A DNA stretch of 53,768 bases from Bacteroidales bacterium (lineage in GTDB: Bacteria > Bacteroidota > Bacteroidia > Bacteroidales > VadinHA17). Below, in pieces: positions 47,394-53,768 of the stretch. Within the stretch, counting starts at the first letter, position 1. Every line of letters starts with the position of its first letter. Made by a program: the position numbers and the translations under genes. The stretch is from positions 1 to 53,768 of the forward strand of contig DATKXL010000077.1 in assembly GCA_035529055.1 (NCBI GenBank), in the 5' to 3' direction. Under the pieces are notes generated by a model that was not told the origin of the DNA, did not search any database, and saw only the letters and a program-made list of their open reading frames with translations.

Positions 47394-47858
47394 TTGAAAC
47401 AACTAAATCTGCCAACATATTCATTCAGGATAACCGGGAAAGAGGGAAATGAAATGATCCTTGATCCCTTAAGGAAGAAATATGTCAGACTCACCGAGGA
47501 GGAATGGGTTCGGCAGAATTTCGTCAAGTACATGATCCATGAAGGGAACTATCCTCCGGGTCTGATGGGGATTGAAGTTATGTTTGAATTTAACCGGCTT
47601 AAACGGCGGGTGGATATCCTTGTTCACGACAGGTCAGGAAATCCTGTAATGATTGTTGAATGCAAGGGGTTTAATGTTAAGCTGAGTGATAAGGTTTTTG
47701 AGCAGATTGCTGATTATAATCTGAAATACATGGTGCCATATCTGGTTGTTACAAATGGCGATCTTCACTATGCCTGCAAAATGGATTTTGAAAACAAAAA
47801 ACCTGAATATCTCCTCACAATCCCGCTTTATGAAGATCTTTTAACCTCCCTTACCTGA
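47394..47858 (+). CDS. HsdR-N-terminal-like (PD-(D/E)xK nuclease fold) domain protein
   Basis: 154 aa. The pattern RVDILVHDRSGNPVMIVECK fits a D...(D/E)xK core. TTG start as given in the track. Confidence 0.6.
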   Translation: MKQLNLPTYSFRITGKEGNEMILDPLRKKYVRLTEEEWVRQNFVKYMIHEGNYPPGLMGIEVMFEFNRLKRRVDILVHDRSGNPVMIVECKGFNVKLSDKVFEQIADYNLKYMVPYLVVTNGDLHYACKMDFENKKPEYLLTIPLYEDLLTSLT

Positions 47859-48853
47859 TGATCAGCGTTATATGTGCAATTATAAGAAATGATGACAACA
47901 AGGTACTGGTTGTGCAGAGAGGTGAGAGAACGGATCATCCCTTTAAATGGGAATTTCCCGGTGGTAAGCTTGTTCCCGGAGAAAGCGGGGAAGATTGCAT
48001 TGTCCGCGAAATAACAGAAGAGTTAGCCATAAATATTGTTATTTGCGGCAAACTGAATCCTGTTATCCATGATTATGGACATAAACAGATTGAACTTATT
48101 CCTTTTATCTGCGATACGCTCGATGAATTGCCGGTATTATCGGAGCATATAGACTTCAGATGGTCGTCACCTGAAGATCTTGATAAGGTCGATTTTTGTG
48201 AAGCTGATGTATTTGTTGCAAAAGAATATATTGATACTGTTAATAAATTAACAGCAGAAAAGGAAGAAATTATTGAAAACGAACACGATCTGGCGCAGGA
48301 TATAGAGCTTCAGAATATGATCAACAGTATGATGAGCACAAAGGAGGTTGAATGGGTGGCAACATCGGCTATAGAAAATTCCGTTATTTTTCATAAGCTC
48401 CTCGAATATTCTTACAGCAGTGACCCAAAGCTTGCTTTCAGATCATCATGGACGCTGTCGAAGGTATGTGACAGATTTCCTGAACTGATATACCCCCATC
48501 TGACAAGAATTATTGAAGGATTAAAAGGCATAAACAATGAAAGCGCTCAACGGTCGTTCCTGAGAATACTCTCGTTAACCGACTTTAAGCAGATAAACCC
48601 GAAGCTTCATGGCATCCTGGCTGATCATTGTTTCCAGGCCCTCAATTCAGGATTCTCAGCTATTGCGATAAAGGCTTATTCTATGGAAATTCTTTACAGG
48701 CTGGCTGTGATTTATCCCGAACTGGCAAATGAGCTCTCTGCGTCGGTAAATATGCTCCAGGGAGAAGGGTCGGCAGGGATCAAAGCAAGAGGACGGATCA
48801 TACTTAAAAAGCTCGCAGAGATCACTTCAGATCCGGAATCCAGTCAGCTATAA
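47858..48853 (+). CDS. MutT-type NUDIX hydrolase fused to a C-terminal HEAT/ARM-like helical repeat domain
   Basis: Nudix box GGKLVPGESGEDCIVREITEELAI in the first ~130 aa. The C-terminal ~190 aa are all-helical repeats resembling AlkC/AlkD-type HEAT-like repeats. The start overlaps the upstream stop (TGATG). Confidence 0.75.
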   Translation: MISVICAIIRNDDNKVLVVQRGERTDHPFKWEFPGGKLVPGESGEDCIVREITEELAINIVICGKLNPVIHDYGHKQIELIPFICDTLDELPVLSEHIDFRWSSPEDLDKVDFCEADVFVAKEYIDTVNKLTAEKEEIIENEHDLAQDIELQNMINSMMSTKEVEWVATSAIENSVIFHKLLEYSYSSDPKLAFRSSWTLSKVCDRFPELIYPHLTRIIEGLKGINNESAQRSFLRILSLTDFKQINPKLHGILADHCFQALNSGFSAIAIKAYSMEILYRLAVIYPELANELSASVNMLQGEGSAGIKARGRIILKKLAEITSDPESSQL

Positions 48854-48958
48854 TCATTTAGTACCTCCGGAGAAAAAGTCTCTTCAATCTCACGGCACTC
48901 CGGGTGAAGCCCAAAGAAATTTCCCGCTTATCCCGCTGATTTCCGCAGAAAATAATTC

Positions 48959-49003
48959 TTCAACTCTTTCAACCCCTTCAACATTTCAACTTTTCAACAT
49001 TTC
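48959..49003. repeat. Five phased TTCAAC hexamers (8-9 nt period) upstream of yedF
   Basis: TTCAAC at 48959, 48968, 48977, 48985 and 48993, with a partial TTC at 49001. Preceded by three TYCCGC(W)KA direct units at 48922-48949. Confidence 0.6.
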
Positions 49004-49008
49004 TTTTA

Positions 49009-49016
49009 TACTTTTG
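49009..49016 (+). promoter_or_regulatory. Candidate -7 promoter box (TAnnTTTG) for yedF-selD
   Basis: TACTTTTG at 49009-49016, 23 nt before the yedF ATG. No clean -33 TTTG seen. Confidence 0.35.
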
Positions 49017-49038
49017 CAGTTCATTTATTTCAGGAGTA

Positions 49039-49653
49039 ATGAGAATTATAGATACAAAAGGTCAGCAATGCCCTCTGCCATTGATAGCTACTAAGAAAGC
49101 ATTAAAAGAGGCTGATATCGGAGAGGCTTTTATTGTTCTGACTGACAATCATACCTCATTGAATAATCTGACCCGGTTTCTGAAAGATAATAAGGCAGAT
49201 TTTTCGGTTGAAACGGAAGGAAGTGTCTGGAAGCTTAAAATTGTTAAGAATACCGGTGAGAATGCTCAAATAAAAGCAGAAGACTATTGCAGTTCATCAG
49301 TACCGGATTTTCCGAAGGGTGATTTTATCATTGCTTTATCATCCGACAAAATGGGTGATGGGGATGACGAACTCGGTCATCTGCTTATGAGAAACTTTAT
49401 TAATGCTCTAAAGGACCTCGATCGGTTACCTGATAAAATTGTCCTTTATAATAAGGGAGTCACTCTTGTATCATCAGATTCTCCGCTGGTAAGACATTTT
49501 AATGATCTGGAGAAAATGGGGGTAAAGTTACTGGTTTGCGGCACATGTATTCAATTTTACTCCCTTGAGGGAAAAACAGGGGCCGGATCAGTGAGCAACA
49601 TGTTTGAAATAACAGAGGCTATGGCTTCTTCAGGAAATATTATCAGGCCATAA
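49039..49653 (+). CDS. yedF: Selenium-metabolism protein YedF (TusA/SirA-like N-domain plus DsrE-like C-domain)
   Basis: IDTKGQQCPLPLI (CPxP of the TusA fold) and a C-terminal DsrE-like half with LLVCGTC; about 204 aa; 2 nt upstream of selD. Confidence 0.8.
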   Translation: MRIIDTKGQQCPLPLIATKKALKEADIGEAFIVLTDNHTSLNNLTRFLKDNKADFSVETEGSVWKLKIVKNTGENAQIKAEDYCSSSVPDFPKGDFIIALSSDKMGDGDDELGHLLMRNFINALKDLDRLPDKIVLYNKGVTLVSSDSPLVRHFNDLEKMGVKLLVCGTCIQFYSLEGKTGAGSVSNMFEITEAMASSGNIIRP

Positions 49654-49673
49654 TTTTGTTAAAAAACCGGAAA

Positions 49674-50714
49674 ATGAAAATTGATCTTCTTCAGATGGTT
49701 GAAACCGGCGGTTGTTCTGCCAAGATATCACCAAAGCAGCTTGAGGAGATTCTTAAATATTTGCCTCTTCCGGAAGATCCTAATATTCTTGTCGATATAG
49801 ACACTCATGATGATGCGGGTGTTTACCGTGTAAATGATGATCTGGCTCTTGTCCTGACTACAGATTTTTTCCCGCCGGTATGCAGCGATCCATATGAATT
49901 CGGACAGATTGCTGCAGCCAATTCATTAAGTGACGTTTATGCAATGGGAGGCACACCGATTGTTGCCCTTAATATCATGATGTTCCCGGCTGCTAAGCTT
50001 CCAATGGAGGCTTACATAGAAATACTTAAAGGAGGGGCTGATATGGCTTCTCTGGCCGGAACAAGGATTATCGGCGGACATACCATTGATGACTTTCCTC
50101 CGAAATACGGACTGGCGGTTGTGGGTTATGTCCATCCTGATAAAATTATTACAAATGCAGGTGCCAGACCCGGGGACTCATTGATACTTACAAAACCTGT
50201 CGGAACCGGAGTAATTCTTGCAGGGCAGAAGTTAGGAATAGTTTCAGATGGTGATGTAACAGAAGCTAAAAGACAGATGAAACTCCTTAACAGATCAGGA
50301 GCGGATGTGATGAAGAAGTATGATGTCAAAGGTGCAACCGATATCACAGGCTTTGGTCTTGCAGGTCACGCCTTAAAGATGGCAAGAGCCAGTAATGTCA
50401 CGTTCAAAATAAACATGAAAAAGGTTCCTCTGATTGGTAATACTTATGGTCTGGTCGATGAGGGTTGTATTCCGGGCGCAGCATTCAGTAACCTTGATTT
50501 TGCCGAAAATGATACAATTTTTGCTCCGGATCTCGACTATAACCTGAAGATGATCGCATTTGATGCACAGACCTCAGGGGGCCTTCTCATATGTGCACCT
50601 TCAGAAGTCACTGATAATGTGATTTCTGATTTGCACTTAGCAGGTCTGACTTATTCAGCGGTGATCGGAGCAGTGAGTGAATTTCAAAATAGATTTTTCA
50701 ATCTTGAGAATTGA
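49674..50714 (+). CDS. selD: Selenide, water dikinase (selenophosphate synthetase), Cys form
   Basis: GGCSAKISPKQLEEIL (catalytic Cys and Lys loop; E. coli GCGCKISP), DDAGVY, AIR-synthase-like fold. ATG at 49674 preferred to TTG at 49656. Confidence 0.9.
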   Translation: MKIDLLQMVETGGCSAKISPKQLEEILKYLPLPEDPNILVDIDTHDDAGVYRVNDDLALVLTTDFFPPVCSDPYEFGQIAAANSLSDVYAMGGTPIVALNIMMFPAAKLPMEAYIEILKGGADMASLAGTRIIGGHTIDDFPPKYGLAVVGYVHPDKIITNAGARPGDSLILTKPVGTGVILAGQKLGIVSDGDVTEAKRQMKLLNRSGADVMKKYDVKGATDITGFGLAGHALKMARASNVTFKINMKKVPLIGNTYGLVDEGCIPGAAFSNLDFAENDTIFAPDLDYNLKMIAFDAQTSGGLLICAPSEVTDNVISDLHLAGLTYSAVIGAVSEFQNRFFNLEN

Positions 50715-50829
50715 TTTTCAAGCGCCATTAAATTCTTATTAAAATTTTCCGATAGTCAAATAATATTAGTTTGTAAACATAATTAATAACTTGGGACTTT
50801 AATTAAATGCCAACATCAGGATCATAGAT

Positions 50830-51951
50830 ATGGGAACAGTAATAAGCAGTAATATACAGGGATTGACAAGCCTGATAGGCAACACCCCTCTATTTGAGAT
50901 TAAGTTTTTATTTAAGGGTAAGACGGGGAAAATTTATGCGAAAGCTGAGCATCTAAATATGACCGGCAGCATAAAAGACAGAATGGCCCTGCATATAATG
51001 CGTGAAGCTTACAGGAAGAATTTTATAAAACCGGGCGACAGAGTAATTGAGGCTACCAGTGGCAATACAGGTATTGCCTTTTCAGCTGTCGGCAGAGCTT
51101 TGGGTCATCCGGTAACTATTTTTATGCCCGACTGGATGAGCGATGAACGTAAAAACCTTATCAGAAGTTATGGAGCTGATATCGTTCTGATCAGTAAGGA
51201 AGAGGGTGGATTTTTAGGTAGCATAAGACGAACTCAGGAGATGGCTGCTGCTGATAAGAATTCTTTTCTTCCCAGACAATTCGAGAATGAGGATAATATG
51301 ATGGCTCATTATACTACAACCGGACCGGAGATCTGGTGGCAGTTAAGGTTCCATAATATGATACCCGATGCATTTGTAGCTGGAGTCGGTACAGGAGGTA
51401 CTATCATGGGAACAGGGAGATATCTCAGGGAACAAAATCCGGTTATAAAACTTTATCCCCTCGAACCATCAAATTCGCCCACCATGTCAACCGGTTACAA
51501 GGTAGGCACACACCGTATTCAGGGCATCTCTGATGAGTTCATACCCCCGATAGTCAACCTTGATGAACTTGATGAGGTAATTGCTGTTGATGACGGCGAC
51601 TCAATAATAATGGCTCAGAAACTGGCATCCGAACTTGGTATTGCAGTGGGAATCTCTTCGGGAGCAAATTTTCTGGGTGCTGTATTAAAACTTGAAGAAT
51701 TTGGGCCTGATGCTGTAATAATTACTCTATTCGCTGATGATAATAAAAAGTACCTCAGTACCGGATTAATGAAAAATGAACCTGTGAAGAAGGATTTTTT
51801 ATCAACGGACATTAAACTTAAATCCTTCAGAGCACTTAAACGAAGTTGTCTGATGTGCTGCAATCCTGCAGAATGCAAAGCTATTGCCAACCCGGAAGTT
51901 ATCCGCGAAATCAATTTCCCCGCCTGCTACTTAAGGAGTATGAAAATCTGA
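50830..51951 (+). CDS. PLP-dependent cysteine synthase family protein (CysK/CysM-like) with a ~65-aa Cys-rich C-terminal extension
   Basis: [12 protein letters not shown] (PLP lysine), [23 protein letters not shown]. The core ends near residue 305, followed by ...[31 protein letters not shown]. Confidence 0.85.
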   Translation: MGTVISSNIQGLTSLIGNTPLFEIKFLFKGKTGKIYAKAEHLNMTGSIKDRMALHIMREAYRKNFIKPGDRVIEATSGNTGIAFSAVGRALGHPVTIFMPDWMSDERKNLIRSYGADIVLISKEEGGFLGSIRRTQEMAAADKNSFLPRQFENEDNMMAHYTTTGPEIWWQLRFHNMIPDAFVAGVGTGGTIMGTGRYLREQNPVIKLYPLEPSNSPTMSTGYKVGTHRIQGISDEFIPPIVNLDELDEVIAVDDGDSIIMAQKLASELGIAVGISSGANFLGAVLKLEEFGPDAVIITLFADDNKKYLSTGLMKNEPVKKDFLSTDIKLKSFRALKRSCLMCCNPAECKAIANPEVIREINFPACYLRSMKI

Positions 51952-51986
51952 ATGTCTTAATGTCTTTAGGTCTGTTGATCTGGAGA

Positions 51987-52604
51987 TTAATCAAAAATTG
52001 TTTCGAACACTTTATGTTTTTTTGCTTTGAAGCACATTTCTATCTGATCCTTTGTTGTACGATCAGTTGAAAGAGGTGGCAGTGAATCGGTTGAGAAGAA
52101 TCCTGCAGCAAGGGTCTCTGTATTTTCCATGAAATTGTTTTGTAGCAGCTCACATTCCACAAAGATCTTGTAAATAGTGAAAAGGAACATTTCATTATTA
52201 TGCTTATTCGCCAGGTGGACTGCAATTATTCTTTTTGGCCGGACATGTGCTCCCGCTTCTTCCAGACATTCCCTTACAGCTGACTCACTGACAGATGTGT
52301 TTACATCAGCCCATCCTCCCGGTAATGACCAGGCTCCATCAACTTTCTCTTTTACCAGCAGTATTTTATCATCTTTGAAAACCGCGGAACGGATATCAAC
52401 CTTGGGTGTCTGATAACCTGTTTCCGAAGCAAAGAGATCTTTTAGCTTTTCGTGACTGATATCTGTATATTCCTGCAATATTTCAATGGAGAGGTTTCTT
52501 ATATCCTGATACCTGTCAATATCATACTGGTTTTCTCCGAATGTCAGGCCAGCCTGCGCTATTGACTGGAGTCTGGCTGCCCATTCAAGCCACTTGTGTT
52601 TCAT
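51987..52604 (-). CDS. NUDIX hydrolase with the N-terminal helical NUDIX-associated domain (ADP-ribose pyrophosphatase-like)
   Basis: N-terminal WLEWAARLQSIAQAGLTFGENQYDIDRY and Nudix box GGWADVNTSVSESAVRECLEEAG. Confidence 0.8.
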   Translation of the reverse strand: MKHKWLEWAARLQSIAQAGLTFGENQYDIDRYQDIRNLSIEILQEYTDISHEKLKDLFASETGYQTPKVDIRSAVFKDDKILLVKEKVDGAWSLPGGWADVNTSVSESAVRECLEEAGAHVRPKRIIAVHLANKHNNEMFLFTIYKIFVECELLQNNFMENTETLAAGFFSTDSLPPLSTDRTTKDQIEMCFKAKKHKVFETIFD

Positions 52605-52766
52605 ATAAGGATAAAATGAATTTAATTCTAAATATAGTCAATAATGATGTAAATTTGATATGTAACAGAGTAACGGCTTAGTTGCGCAACGGTGTAATAA
52701 TGACGTAATGGCATAACGGCACAGAGAGCTGCAGAGCTTTTTTATAAGTTTTATATTTTGCTAACT

Positions 52767-52794
52767 TGCAGCCTGTAACATGCAACCTGCAACA
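52767..52794. repeat. Tandem 14-nt duplication TGCARCCTGYAACA x2
   Basis: tgcagcctgtaaca (52767-52780) is immediately followed by tgcaacctgcaaca (52781-52794), 12/14 identical, ending 11 nt before the ATG at 52806. Confidence 0.6.
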
Positions 52795-52805
52795 AAATCT
52801 TTAAG

Positions 52806-53495
52806 ATGAATCAAAAATTTATATTTATTATGCTTGCATTGGCCTTATGGTCTATAGATTGCATTGGTCAAACCATCGCTAAACCCAACCACTCCCTTAA
52901 AAGCCACGAAACACTTGAAATAAATAAGATTGAGACTACCTCCAAATCGACGGTTTTCTATATGAGTGTTGAAAACCGTACAACAGGTGGCTATTTCTGT
53001 GCTGACAGAAATATCTTTATTGTTGATCCTGACGGTAAACGCAGCAAGCTGACCTCCTCAGGCGGAATACCGGTATGTCCGGCCAGCTATAAATTCAAAT
53101 CAATAGGGGAGAGGCTTGATTTCATACTGACATTTCCTCCCCTTAAACAAGGAACGGAATGGATTGATCTTATAGAAGAGTGTGCCGATAATTGTTTTTC
53201 TTTTTATGGAATTACTCTTGATTCTGATCTGAATAAAAAGATAGATGATGCTTTTGCTCTTGCTGAAACAGATAAACCTGCTGACGCTTTGTACAGTTTT
53301 ATAAGAATCGCTGAAGATACAGATAATAAAAACCATGGGATCGAAGGTCTCCTTTATCTAAACATCATTAAGCTTGCCAGAGAAACAGGCAATCCTGAAA
53401 AAGCCTCAGAATGGTATCGCAGAATGATTTCCTCAGATGCTCCGGGGCTCTCCAGGTATATCAAATACCTTAATGATCAGGGGATCATATATTAA
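52806..53495 (+). CDS. Secreted hypothetical protein (beta-rich N-half, helical TPR-like C-half)
   Basis: Signal peptide MNQKFIFIMLALALWSIDCIG; no family recognised. Confidence 0.5.
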   Translation: MNQKFIFIMLALALWSIDCIGQTIAKPNHSLKSHETLEINKIETTSKSTVFYMSVENRTTGGYFCADRNIFIVDPDGKRSKLTSSGGIPVCPASYKFKSIGERLDFILTFPPLKQGTEWIDLIEECADNCFSFYGITLDSDLNKKIDDAFALAETDKPADALYSFIRIAEDTDNKNHGIEGLLYLNIIKLARETGNPEKASEWYRRMISSDAPGLSRYIKYLNDQGIIY

Positions 53496-53501
53496 AAAAA
53501 A

Positions 53502-53528
53502 GAGGCTGAACTCTTGCGAGACAGCCTC
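53502..53528. terminator. Possible bidirectional terminator hairpin
   Basis: GAGGCTG (53502-53508) / CAGCCTC (53522-53528) with a 13-nt loop. The A8 run at 53494-53501 would be a U-run for the minus-strand gene. The T-tract on the plus side is weak. Confidence 0.4.
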
Positions 53529-53554
53529 CTGATAACTTTATTTTATACTTTGTA

Positions 53555-53768
53555 CTAAAAGCTTAAATCTATTCCTACTCCAAACACAAGAGCTTTTTTA
53601 TTATAGGTTTCCAAAGCCGGTATTACTACACCCAGAGCGACAACATGGTTAATAGTCTGTTCATCTTTGATATAATATGTATAACTGGCCCCAAAGTTGA
53701 TCTGGAAATTATCAGATATTGAAAAGGCTCCGCCGGCACCTATTGTATGACTTGAAAGACCATAAGTA
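53555..53768 (-). CDS. 3' end of a minus-strand gene running off the right edge; C-terminus of an outer-membrane beta-barrel protein
   Basis: Not in the ORF track (no start in the window). The reverse frame from 53767 reads TYGLSSHTIGAGGAFSISDNFQINFGASYTYYIKDE...KKALVFGVGIDLSF then TAG (53555-53557). Alternating strand pattern and a terminal Phe. Confidence 0.55.
   Translation of the reverse strand, partial: TYGLSSHTIGAGGAFSISDNFQINFGASYTYYIKDEQTINHVVALGVVIPALETYNKKALVFGVGIDLSF

Noticed and set aside
47394-47858. Type I restriction-modification or other defence island, suggested by the HsdR_N-like domain.
   Set aside because: There is no methyltransferase, specificity subunit, helicase or ATPase gene nearby. 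The small HsdR_N-like protein sits among housekeeping genes (amn, holA, mutT-like), so this looks like a conserved core context rather than a defence island.
49039-51951. In-frame TGA (selenocysteine) recoding in genes near selD, including selD itself.
   Set aside because: SelD has Cys at the catalytic position (GGCSAK). All neighbouring ORFs are full length without interruption. I saw no split gene pair separated by a single TGA. A whole-genome SECIS/selenoprotein scan would be needed to go further.

Overview
AT-rich chromosomal segment with Bacteroidota hallmarks: uppS-bamA-tandem ompH/skp, T9SS PorP/SprF and a type-B CTD cargo, nqrABCDEF-apbE, futalosine menaquinone genes, and TAnnTTTG-type -7 boxes. 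I can support about 50 protein genes, tightly packed and mostly housekeeping. I recognised no rRNA, tRNA, CRISPR array, transposase, integrase or prophage gene. All family assignments come from motifs I recognise in the supplied translations; no database search was run.

Gene content, left to right:
- Envelope biogenesis: uppS, bamA, 2x ompH, murI.
- korAB (2-oxoacid:ferredoxin oxidoreductase).
- Two tandem paralogous giant receiver/ATP-grasp proteins.
- A ptps-folE-fabD operon, mqnB-mqnD, a nitroreductase and proline dehydrogenase.
- An ECF sigma / membrane-anchored PKD-T9SS cargo / PorP module.
- thiF-thiS lying divergent to a tungsten/molybdenum AOR-moeA-moaB cluster.
- The Na+-NQR operon with apbE.
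- A fused E1 alpha/beta 2-oxoacid dehydrogenase, convergent with an HprK-like P-loop protein.
- holA, amn, and a yedF-selD-cysK-like selenium cluster.

Best candidates for undescribed biology:
1. The tandem pseudo-receiver/receiver/PPDK-type ATP-grasp proteins at 8772-15207, which lack a phosphohistidine swivel domain.
2. yedF-selD followed by a cysteine-synthase homologue with a Cys-rich tail.
3. The 586-aa HprK/PEPCK-like P-loop protein.
4. The sigma-coupled, membrane-anchored T9SS type-B cargo.
5. A small four-Cys membrane ORF behind apbE.

Several intergenic regions also carry short word-like repeat arrays that no gene explains.
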